The notes beneath the pieces were generated by a model. It was not told the origin of the DNA, ran no database searches, and saw nothing but the letters and a program-made list of their open reading frames with translations. The position numbers and the translations under genes were made by a program. Of a DNA stretch of 64,000 nucleotides, positions 44,653 to 55,819 are shown in pieces. Positions within the stretch are counted from its first letter, which is position 1; every line of letters begins with the position of its first letter. This DNA is from Eukaryota sp. TZLM1-RC. Taxonomy: Eukaryota; Protista; Metamonada: BaSk clade. The stretch lies in contig JAUPSS010000003.1 of NCBI GenBank assembly GCA_040285825.1, positions 2,852,001 to 2,916,000 on the forward strand, in the 5' to 3' direction.

Positions 44653-47601
44653 TTACAACTTTTGTGGTGGTGAACTGCAATGATAGCCACTAAGGTCACT
44701 CCTGAAAAGTCTAAAAAAATCAATATTCTTTACTAATTCATATTCCTCTTTGTCTTTAATACGGCATCTCTCCAATGCTAAATTCAATGCAGCAAGGTTG
44801 CTTTTTCTTTGCAAATGACTTATTTTTGGATTGAAAGCTCTTAAACCAAGACTTATCAATAACAATAAAGTTTGCTTTACCCCGAGACCAGGGTACACAA
44901 GGTCTTTTAGCTCATTATTTGTAGTGATTAGGTCAGAAATACGTTGAAAAGGTTCCAAAAACACGTGTTCAATATACTTTCCTATTGGCAGATTATTGAT
45001 AGCATCATTGTCAGCAAAAAGCAATCCATATTCAGGACCACTTGATAGCTTCTTGAAAAACAAAGAGGACAAATGAACGTATTTGAGGGGAAATCTCAAG
45101 AATTCTGTCAAATTCTCTTCATTAAATAAATCGAAAACGTTGCTATTGAACAAAACTAAAAAGGATTGGTCACCCCTTCTCCACAATCCTTTGCTAAGTT
45201 CAACTGGGCATGCGGAATCAAATATGATTGATGATCGAGTGTTACTATTATTAGTAACAACTTGAGGTACTAAAGAGGAAGGTATAGCAAAAAGGGAAAA
45301 TCCTTTAATACACGTGATAAACAGGTCAAAATTAGCAATTGACACGTCACATAAGAGCTTCCCTCCTTCACTTTCCCTGACCTCGACTGTAGACGTCTCC
45401 CTTGGTAGCACCTGATCAGTTAAGGCAAAATGAACACAACATGCAGGAATGGTGACGAAGCTTTGATCTCTAATCAGTTGAAAAGAGTGTAGTTTATTTT
45501 TAACAAAATAGGTCTCAGAAAAAGAGTTGTCGCCATTGATTAATTCACCAGGTTGAAAACGCAATCTGTTCAAAACATCAAGCGAAAAAGATGAAATAGA
45601 TTGGTTCTGGTCAAAAATAAAGAAATCAAGAGACCCCACGTCATCAAAATGATTGATCACGTCAACATTATGACCTACCACCGAAACCTTGAAAGAAAGA
45701 GAGTATTGCTTGACAAGATCAACAACTTTTTCCACCCTGAATCCAGATAAAGTATCCAAATGAAGTAATAATACGTTAGAATCAAAATTAAACAATACTC
45801 CCGCTCTCAGTAGGTCAAAAATAAGGTCAAAATCAGAGACGACCCCACAAGAGTGGTCAAGAGTTTGTTTGACTAACTTGTTTGACGGATTAGTTTTGAG
45901 ATCTTTGACAATGACATCCAGGTTGAGAAACTTTGCCTCCATCGAACAAGCCATCATTTTTGATTGATTAGGGTCTAAAAGGCTCAAAATCAAATCATTT
46001 TTGACCTTTCTATGGGGTTCTTGACGGCTTTTGATCATAAATTTTGGAAATTCACCCGAAAAATCCTTCAAAATTCTGAAGAATGGTTTTAAACTTTGAG
46101 GTTTGAGATTTTTCAAGATAATCCTCCTGGTTTTGAAGCCAAATTCAGAAAAATTGTCCCGACAATGGTCAAATAATTGAGATAAAGATTGAGAAAAAAT
46201 AGCATGCTGAGAAGTCAAATTTTCCTTCAGAATGTCAATCTGCTCATCATGAGCTCTTCTCGATGCTTTAATCCAATCAAAATGATTGATTAGCTCAAAA
46301 TCATCGGAAAGTTTCACATCATTGATTGCTGCAGAGGTTGCCAATCTTCCAAGAAGTGAATTGACATCTTCTTCGAGATATATCAACATTGTAACATCAA
46401 TTACTGAAGAAATCTGACGTAACCAATCATTCGTCCCAATCAAAATTGATTGACCTTCCGAACTGCGGTAAAATGATTTTATTTCATTAGTTGGTGGTGA
46501 TAAAAGCACCAAGTTAAGCTTATTTTCAACTAATTTTCCAACCAAATTTTGATTAACCTTGTCAAAAAACTCTGAATATTTACTGTTGATCTCCTCTTCT
46601 GACAGTTGATCCTTACTGTCTTCCTCATCATTTTGATTGGGATCTGATTGATTGATTGCAGTTAAAAACGTTTTCGAATCACAGTCACTAATCACACTAT
46701 TGTAGTTAATCAATTCAATAGACTTTCCAAAAGTTCGCTTGATTGGACCAAGTAATAACTTAGATTGGGAGTGATTGGAAGTGATGACCAAGACAGTTCT
46801 TTTTGGGGGCTTTATTTTCTTGAATTCTTTCAAAAAAAGATCAGGACTTTCAAGAAATAACTCAGCCATTCTTTTATTATAAAAGGAAAAAAATTGATTG
46901 TTGAATTGGTAGCAAAAGGAAAATTCATGATTCTTGACAATTTTGTTATCAAAAAGCATAGAAACTGGGCAATAACCATTGAATTCAAGTGAATTCTCCT
47001 TGACTTCATCAACTTTGAGCGGAATCACATAATTTTTGACCTTTCCCAAGACTTTTGAAGACCGATAGAACTTACTAAACAGTTTTTCCAATTCCTTTTC
47101 CAATTTTATTACCAAGACAGTATTGGCAAAGGTTTCATGCTTTTTGGTAATACTGTCTACAAATGTGAAAAAGGACTCTGCTTCTTCATTGGGATTAACT
47201 AGTAGAATTACAGGGTTTAAATTAATTAATTCCGGTAATACAGAACTGATGTTATCGAGAGATATGGTGTTGTAGTATAGGCAAATTGATTGATCATCAA
47301 ATTTTGATTGGGGAAGGTTGTCGTGATCGAGCTGTTGATTGACAATCAAGGTGCAATTCAACTGTGAGGATACGATGTGCTGGTCCAACAAATTCAATCT
47401 TGAATCAGGGTCTAAAATCAAATAATTTGATCGATTTGATTGATTGGTTGATTGAGCAGTTTGATTGGTTGCCAGTATGCTACTAATCAACTTATGATTA
47501 CACACGTATTTTACTCGTTTTTCGTCTGGAACATTTGAATCCAACTTAATCAAACCCCCAGGAAACCAATCCATCAAAAGTTCAGAATAACCAAGACTCA
47601 C
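44653..47601 (-). CDS. Adenylate kinase 9-like protein with YHS-like repeats; 5' end uncertain
   Basis: FNGYCPV..Y..F..P and SACPVEL..F..P.KY motifs, and an AK9-type C-terminus (KYIE..YPGL..LRAFNPK). The frame stays open upstream into a CRE-C fragment. Confidence 0.55.
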   Translation of the reverse strand: MSLGYSELLMDWFPGGLIKLDSNVPDEKRVKYVCNHKLISSILATNQTAQSTNQSNRSNYLILDPDSRLNLLDQHIVSSQLNCTLIVNQQLDHDNLPQSKFDDQSICLYYNTISLDNISSVLPELINLNPVILLVNPNEEAESFFTFVDSITKKHETFANTVLVIKLEKELEKLFSKFYRSSKVLGKVKNYVIPLKVDEVKENSLEFNGYCPVSMLFDNKIVKNHEFSFCYQFNNQFFSFYNKRMAELFLESPDLFLKEFKKIKPPKRTVLVITSNHSQSKLLLGPIKRTFGKSIELINYNSVISDCDSKTFLTAINQSDPNQNDEEDSKDQLSEEEINSKYSEFFDKVNQNLVGKLVENKLNLVLLSPPTNEIKSFYRSSEGQSILIGTNDWLRQISSVIDVTMLIYLEEDVNSLLGRLATSAAINDVKLSDDFELINHFDWIKASRRAHDEQIDILKENLTSQHAIFSQSLSQLFDHCRDNFSEFGFKTRRIILKNLKPQSLKPFFRILKDFSGEFPKFMIKSRQEPHRKVKNDLILSLLDPNQSKMMACSMEAKFLNLDVIVKDLKTNPSNKLVKQTLDHSCGVVSDFDLIFDLLRAGVLFNFDSNVLLLHLDTLSGFRVEKVVDLVKQYSLSFKVSVVGHNVDVINHFDDVGSLDFFIFDQNQSISSFSLDVLNRLRFQPGELINGDNSFSETYFVKNKLHSFQLIRDQSFVTIPACCVHFALTDQVLPRETSTVEVRESEGGKLLCDVSIANFDLFITCIKGFSLFAIPSSLVPQVVTNNSNTRSSIIFDSACPVELSKGLWRRGDQSFLVLFNSNVFDLFNEENLTEFLRFPLKYVHLSSLFFKKLSSGPEYGLLFADNDAINNLPIGKYIEHVFLEPFQRISDLITTNNELKDLVYPGLGVKQTLLLLISLGLRAFNPKISHLQRKSNLAALNLALERCRIKDKEEYELVKNIDFFRLFRSDLSGYHCSSPPQKL

Positions 47602-48325
47602 GTCATCATTTTGAGCTAAGTCTTGAATGACAATTACGTTATTTACGTTACAACAAAAGCTTCAATATGGTGGCTTTTGCACATGGTATACAGTTTGTCT
47701 CTACTAGCATCATGAACAACTGAGCGATATGTAATAGTAAATTTGCAATTAAATACATGATTCAAATTAATAAGCTGACCACAACGACAAATCAAATCAC
47801 TTGGCACACTGCATGGCCACAGAAAACACCTCATCCTTAGGGCAGTTGTCCATTGATGGTCATTTGACAATAAATCATAAACATTTGAAATCTGGGAATT
47901 GAGACAACTTGAACTACTTTCCTTAGAACCAATTCAAACGTTGACAATAACGGGAATCTGTTCTTTAGCCAAGCTAAGACGAACAGTAAAATGCAAGTTT
48001 TTAAAAACTTTTAATGACTTTTTCTGCAATTTGGTGTATGCAAATCTCAAGGAAATTAAACTTCTGGATGGAGTGTCTCGAAAAACGGCAGGCCTAGTTT
48101 TATACTTTTATAGATTCACGTTTAGCCAAACCTTATAAATGTAACACAGCTGGAAAATTATTCTCCGTCAATTGAGGAAAAATTCGTAACACTTCGTATC
48201 TAAAACGTGGACCCATTTTGGTTCCTATGTATTACCTTATGTTGAGTTATGTTTTTTTTCTACATATAACCGTTTAACTTAAAACCTGGCTGAACGGAGA
48301 TCATTGCTTCTATTCTTTCTTGTTG

Positions 48326-51300
48326 ATGCCTGAATCAGTTTCTGATTCTAATGGAGTCAAAAGAAAGAACGATAGTCAACAAGATGCTCAAGACGTCCTT
48401 TCCACCTCTCCTCCTCAACCCCTTCTCTCTTCATTTTTGGACAAAAAAAGTTCTGATCAAAAATTTTTAGACAATCACGATGAAAACAAAGTTTGTTCAA
48501 AAACAAAGCCACGCTCCTACAGATGCTCAAAGTGTCGACAACAGGGACATAATGCTCGAACATGCCCCAATGTTGGAAAAAATGATGCGGCAAATTCTGA
48601 AACACAATGTAAAAGAAAATTTATTAGAAGGAAAGAGTCTAAGGTAGAACCCATAAATAATGCTCCACAAATTGTTGCAAAATGATGGAATACGCCCAAT
48701 TGCTGTTGGTGAATCTCTTTCTCGTTTGCTAGCATCAATTGTCTTCGATGGTGTCAAAGACAAAGCTTCCACATTTTTGAATCCTCATCAATTTGGAATC
48801 AAAACAATTGATGGTGCTTCTGTTGCTGCTATTGCCTCTGATACCTTTTTTAATGCAGAGGAAAATAATTTTATTTTTAATCTCGACTTTAAAAATGCTT
48901 TTAATTCTGTAAAGCGAGAAGCAATTTTTGAAGTTATTAAATCTGATTTTCCTGAGCTATCGAGTTTTTTCTACCATTTTTATGGGGAAGAATCAGATTT
49001 AATTTTTAATTCATTTGGTCTTAAATCATCTTCTGGAGTGAAGCAGGGAGATCCTTTAGGCCCATTATTGTTTTGTTTAGCTATTCACAAAACTTTAAAT
49101 ATCATTAAGCAAAAATACCCTTCTATAAAAATAGTTGCTTATATGGATGATATATCCTTGATTGGTTCATTTGATTTACTAGAATTGGTTGCTCAAGAAA
49201 TTGCCGATTCATATGAAAATATTGGGCTTCATCTTAATGCCAGCAAATGCCTTCTGATTGGCTCTTCTGCTCAAGACCTCGTGATAAACGATTCTATTGT
49301 CCCTTTTACTAATTATAGTAGTGATGCTTTTAAGTTCCTTGGTTGTTGGTTAGGAAATGTGCCTCAAATTCAGAATGAATTGCAAGTTATTTTGGAAAAA
49401 ATGAAAATTGAACTTGATTCAATTTCTTCTTTAGATATAGCAAAGCATATTAAATTTTTCATGCTTAAAATTTGCTACACTGGGAGAACAACCCACATTT
49501 TGAGATCTTGTGCTCCTTCCATAGCATTAGATTTTTGTCGTTCTTTTAATTCATTGAGAACAGAATTTTTTGCTGATTTATTGGATGTAGAACCAGGAAT
49601 GTTGAAAAGCCATTTATTTTCTTCAGCAAATTTGGGTGGTATTGGTTTTACTAAATCTTCAATTTTGTGTCCATCAGCATTCTTGGGTGGTGGCAAAAAT
49701 TTTATTTATGAATTTTCTCGTAGATTTCCTGATGATTCTCATCTGTTAGTCCCCAATTGTAGTCCCTATTTGTATGAGTTATCTTGTGAACTTGAAAAAT
49801 TACCGCCACAAATTTGGACCAAATGTTTTCCTCAATCAATTCAAGAAATTCCAAACCGATCTCTATTTAATTTACAGTTTTGCTGTAAAAAGCTTCAACA
49901 AAAATTGTCAAAGATTTTTGAAAGCTTGCATTTTGATGTTAGACTTGGCTTGGCCAAGAAAAAGAATCCCGCTTTTGCAAATCTTTTACAAGATATGTGT
50001 GACAGTACTTCTTCTGCCTTAGTAACAACAATTCCACAAGTTTATGGTACTCTCTTATCCGATTCTGCTTGGACTCTGAATATGAGATTTCGTTCCTTTA
50101 TCTGGCCTGATAATTTACCTCATAATTTAATTTGTAAATGTTCTCGAGAAATTACAACTACTCATTTGTTAAATTGTAAACATTTTATTACTTTTAGAAG
50201 CAAGGTTCATGATGCTGTAAGAGACCAGTTATATTGTATGTGTAAATCTCATAGAATTGAATCCTTCTTGGAACCTCTGTTGTCAAATCTGTTTGATGCT
50301 GAAAATGATTTTCATAAGAATAATAGAGGTGATGTCATATTACCTGGATTAGATGGAAGCTTCATTTTATTGGATGTAATGTCTGTTGATCCCTGTAATG
50401 CCTCAAATGAAAGGCTTGTTAATTCTGAAATTCATAATCCCCTTTCAAATGCTGAAAATTTTAAATTCAAAAAATACAATGAACCTTTGTCCAAATTGGC
50501 CAGTCTACAGCATGCAAAATACAATTTGTATCCATTTGTATTTTCCCTTTTTGGTTCACTTGCACCAACTGCTTTACGTTTTTTGAATGATTTTGAAATG
50601 ATTGTAAAGAGAAGAACTGGCAGAAATTTCAACAGATTGTTTTGGCAAAATAGAATTGTGTTTTCTATTTTTAAGGGGATGTTGAAGATGGTTTCTGATG
50701 CTTTGCTTTCTCTTGGATCTCACTATGAGAGAGTTGCATCTAGTGTTTTTGTTTTGGGAGAGATGGATTTTTTAGATGTTGATTTATAGGTTTAGAATAA
50801 AATTAAATTTTAAAAAAAAATTGTTGCAAAACCAGTTTGCAACCGATTAAAGCACAAAACTTGCAACACTTGTGGTATTTCTTTTAGAAAAAATGCAAAA
50901 GGAAAAACTTCTGATCGATGCTTGAAATGCCGCATAGTTGATAACTACCATCCTCCTATAAGAATACCTCAAGAAATTCATCCGACCAAATGCAATGAAT
51001 TTGCTTTCGTTTTTCAAAGATTTTTGGATCAATTATGTAAAGGAAAGTATGCTATCAATACTATTTGGGAATTTTTTGGTTCTTTTTGTCCTCCTTTTGA
51101 ACAAAATTTCGTTAATATTTCCGAAGATTTAACTAATATAGCACCGAGAAATCAGTCATCCGAGAAATTAAGTAAAATTTTTGAAGACAAATGCTTTGAC
51201 AACAAATGGTCCAAGGCTTTGTCAGCTTTAAGTCCCGGAGTCAAAGCACCGAACAATGAAAATACAATAGATAAACTGAAAATACTTCATCCTTATGAAG

Positions 51301-53730
51301 ACCCTATAATGGATCAAAACTTTTACGGCACATACTGGGAAAATTATCCATTGATGCCATCAGAAGTTTTTTCGGTTATCAAAAAGAGACCTCGTGGTAA
51401 GTCTGCCGGACTTTCTGGTATTACTATTGATCATGTAAAAGCCGCGATTATTTCTTCAGAAGATTGCCTTGGTTTATTGACCAAATTTTTCAACCAAATA
51501 TTATCTGGTCAACGCAAATACCCAGAAGAATTAAGAAGTTCTCGTTTGACTGCACTTGTCAAAAATTCAAAAATGGATGTTCGTCCTATTGCAGTCTCTG
51601 AGAGCTTACACAATATTTTTTCTGCGTGTTGCTTAAGCAGGTTCAATGAAAAAGCTAAAAAGATTTTATTACCCTTTCAATATGGTATAAATACTACAGA
51701 TGGAGTCTCTTCAGCGATTTTTGCTACTGATGTCTTATTTCGTCAAAATGAATCCAATGTTTGCATGTCATTGGATTTTAGTAATGCTTTCATTTCACTA
51801 AGTCGTCGCAGTATCCATGGTGCTCTATTGCAATATATGCCGGAATTAATACCATATTTTCAATCAACATATTGCACATATTCTAATTTACATTTTGGTA
51901 ACAACATTTTGAGTTCATCAAGTGGCGTAAAGCAAGGAGATCCGTTAGGACCTCTTTTGTTTTATTTGGCCATTCATCCTATTCTACTGCAAATTCAAGA
52001 GATGTTTCCTTCGCTAAAAATGATTGCATATATGGATGATGTTGTGCTTATTGGTGATTTAAATATTGTGAAAAAAGCAACTGTATGTTTTAAAGAATTA
52101 TTTACCAAAATTGGTCTCCGACTTAATTTACTTAAATGTGTTTTGTTATCGAATTCTCCAGTTTCCACAATAATTGATGATATTGAAATTCAAGCCAAAT
52201 TATATTCAATTGATGCTATTCGTCATTTGGGTTCATTTTTAGGAAATAATGATGAAATTACCAAAAAATTGTTTGAAAAGTTGAACTCAATTTCCGACAA
52301 AATTGACCGAATGATGAATTTAGATATAAAAAAACACATCAAATTTACCATTATAAGACTGTGTTTTAGTTCCAATTTTAATCATATATTTCGATCTACA
52401 AATCCTCTCGTCACTAGACCTTTGGCTCAAAAGTTTAATGAGTTACGTGCAAAAGTTCTGTCTCAATTACTGGGTTGTAAAATGTTTCAAATTCCAGATC
52501 ATGCTTACCTTAGTCCACATTATGGTGGTTTAGGGTGGACGAAGGCTTCTATTCTTACCTCGTGTGCTTTTGTTGGTGGATGCAGAAATGCAATCTTTGA
52601 GTTTTCCGAAAGATTTGCAGATTGGGAAGATTTATTGATGACAACGCAAAGTTCCACTGTTTTTGCATTAAATGAAGAAATTTCAAGAATTGATGTAGAA
52701 AAATGGGGTCGATGTTTTCCCCAATCATTCAATGGCAATATTCCAGAAAAAAATGTTTTAAATTTGAAGTACACTCTTCGAACATTACAGAAAAGATTGA
52801 CTGGAATGTATGAAAAAGATCTTTATAATAATATTTGCAGTTCGGCTGTTTTAAATCAAGATCTTCACTCATTGTTATTGGAAAAGGGTGTTTGTGAAAA
52901 CAAGACGTCAGATTCTTCACTTTTTGTAACCATTGTACCACGAAGATTTGGATTGTGTGCCACTAATGAAGCATTTGTAACAAAAATGAGATTATATTTG
53001 AACATCCCCATTAACCAATTATTATCAAAAGAAAAATGTATTTGTTCGAATTCACCTCAACTCACTTTGCGCCATGCTCTAAATTGCTCTAAATTGATAA
53101 CTTATCGTTCTTCATTACATGATGCTGTTAGAGACACTGTTTTCAATATGGCACAAACTGCAAGGATATCGTGTATCAAAGAGCCCCTGCTGAAGGAAAC
53201 ACTTTCTCTGAATAATTTTGGTTCTGAAGATAGAGGTGATGTATACTGTGATTGGATTGATAATTCTGAAGCTATTGTTGACTTTGTCTCATGTAATGTT
53301 GCAAACGATACTTTGGTTCACAGAAGAAAACTTAATCCTGTGGCTGCTCTGGATTTTAAAGCAAAAGAAAAACATAGAAAATATGATAAAGAAATTGAAG
53401 ATGCAAATGTCGATAGAAATACACAGCTAGTTTTTATTGCTTTCCCATTTTCGATAAATGGAAGATTATCAGTTGAAGCAGAAACTTTTTTGGATGACTT
53501 CCAAAAAATGGTGAAAGAAAAAACAATGAAAAGATTTGATATTTTTTTATGGCGTTCACGGATTCAATTTGCCATTATTAATAGATTACCGCGGTTTTTC
53601 AATCGAATTAGAGAAGCTTTAGCTAGACAGCAAGCAAATCAAGATTTTGTAGAGGAAATCTTGGTTTAATGATAGTCGTCCCATTAGTTATGATTTAATT
53701 TAATCATGTGTGCAAATTCAATAAATATAA
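48326..53730 (+). mobile_element. Full-length CRE-like family B element (reconstructed 1064-aa ORF) interrupted by CRE-A
   Basis: 48326-48682 joins 50832-53669 in frame after removing the insert and one TSD. Contains CCHC, CNTC..CLKC, RT (GVKQGDPLGP, YMDD), zinc finger and DRGD..D..K.K..KY endonuclease. Confidence 0.9.
48683..50817 (+). mobile_element. 5'-truncated CRE-A copy with an uninterrupted RT-zinc finger-endonuclease frame
   Basis: ORF open to 50789, poly-A tail, TSD aaattgttgcaaaa at 48669-82 and 50818-31. Confidence 0.92.
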
Positions 53731-54033
53731 ATCTTATGTTGATGAACTTTACTGGTGGAAAAGTTGTAACTTTGGTGGTAATCAGCAGTAACAGTATACC
53801 ACTTTTCAAGCAGCTGTGCAAGTTATCAAATTCGCGAGATATATGATAGACCTGCCTGAATGGTGATATGAATATGATTTTAAATATTGTTGGTCTCGGC
53901 ATTGAATGTTCGATTTCGGTCCTATTCCTGTTACTCTTCTACGTGACATAGCTTTACTCACAGTGACTTTTTTGCGAAGAATTGATCGATAATGTCAAAT
54001 ATTAATGTCAATAATCAGTAATGGAGGACAAAA

Positions 54034-54106
54034 TGGAGATGCAGGGTTTCGATCCCCGTACCTCACGCATGCTAAGCGTGCGCTCTACCAATTGAGCTAC
54101 ACCCCC
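54034..54106 (-). tRNA. tRNA-Ala(AGC)
   Basis: GGGGGTG/CATCTCC acceptor stem with G3:U70; anticodon arm CACGC-TTAGCAT-GCGTG; eukaryotic Ala-type ATCGAAA T-loop. Confidence 0.95.
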
Positions 54107-54659
54107 TCCGAAAGTGGTCATAGTTCGGACTTTACGGATATACTGGCACATTGATGTTTTACTCAAATTGTTTGTGATTTTTTTCTAACTGGAATATTTA
54201 TTGAGATCAAAAAAATCTATCTAGAATTCAATATCCTCCAAACAAGCGTCACTATTACTGAACCTACTCACAGCATTACGTTCATATTCTACACCAATAG
54301 CTAAAAGTGCCTTTGAAATCATTGTTGGAATAGACTTGAAAATGCAAAAAACAATTCTATTTAACCAGAAAGTGGAATTCATTGTTTTACCAGACCTATT
54401 CAGTAACACTTTTTTGAAATTTTCAAAAAATTGCAACCCTGAAGGTCCAATATTGCCAAAAAGAGAAATTGAAAACAACACAAACTGATATTTCACATCT
54501 TCCACTCTACCTAACTGTGCCAAAGGTTCTTCAATTGTTTGATAGAGAAACAAAAGCGTTGTTCTATTTTTTTCAAGAATCAAGTCAATTCAGGTGAATC
54601 GAAATGGACATGTTATTCATTCTTAGGTGATCAAACACATGTAATTTTGTACCACTTTG

Positions 54660-55810
54660 CAGTCCATATTTGTATGAGTTGTCTTGTGAACTTGAAAAAT
54701 TGCCACCACAAATTTGGACCAATTGTTTTCCTCAATCAATTCAAGAAACTGCAAACCGATCTCTTTTTAATTTACAGTTTTTGCTGTAACAAGCTTCAAC
54801 AAAAATTGTCAAAGATTTTTGAAAGCTTGGATTTTGATGTTCAACTTGGCTTGGCCAAGAAAAAGAATCCCGCTTTTGCAAATCTCTTACAAGATATGTG
54901 TGATAGTACCATGGTCTGCCTTAGTAACAACAATTCCTCAAGTTTATGGTACTCTCTTAACTGATTCTGTTTGGACTCTGAATATGAGATTTCGTTGTTA
55001 GCTGTAGCTAAACGTGACTTTCCCCTTTAGGAAAGAGGATCACGTCATCATGAGTTTAAATTGTAGTTTTGTTTTATTTTCATTGATTTCTTATATTCTG
55101 TCCATAAACTTCTGTTTTTGTTTATGTTAAGTGCACGAAAAGCAACATCATTCCTTTATCTGGCCTGATAATTTACCTCATATTTTAATTAATAAATGTT
55201 CTCGAGAAATTACAATTACTCATTTGTTAAATTGTAAACATTTTATTACTTTTAGAAGCAAGGTTCATGATGCTGTAAGATACCAGTTATATTGTATGTG
55301 CAAGTCTCATAGAATCGAATCCTTTTTGGAACCTTTGTTGTCAAATCTGTTTGATACTGAAGATGATTTTCATAAGAATAATAGAGGTGATGTAATATTA
55401 CCTAGATTAGATGGAAGCTTCATTTTATTGGATGTAATGTCTGTTGATCCTTGTAATGCCTCAAATGAAAGGCTAGTTAATTCTGAAATTCATATTCCTC
55501 TTTATTGTATTTATTGAATTTGCACACTTAATTAAATTATCTCATAACTAATGGGACGACTATCATTGAACCAAGATTTCCTCTACAAAATTTTGATCTG
55601 CTTGCTGTCTAGCTAAAGCTTCTCTTATTCGATTGAAAAACCGAGGTAATCTATTAATAATGGCAAATTGAATCCGTATCCGTGAACGCCTCTTTCAAAT
55701 GCTGAAAATTTCAAATTCAAAAAATACAATGAACCATTGTCCAAATTGTCCAGCCAACAGCATGCAAAATACAATTTGTATCCATTTCATTTTTCTCTAT
55801 TTGGTTCACC
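54660..55810 (+). pseudogene. Degenerate CRE-A copy carrying two nested insertions
   Basis: CRE-A homology is interrupted at 54996-55147 and at about 55503-55688. Confidence 0.75.
54996..55147. repeat. Probable solo LTR of a second LTR family
   Basis: TGTTAGCT...AGCAACA ends, 4-bp flanks tcgt/tcat, 152 bp, interrupts CRE-A precisely. Confidence 0.55.
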
Positions 55811-55819
55811 TGCACGTAC

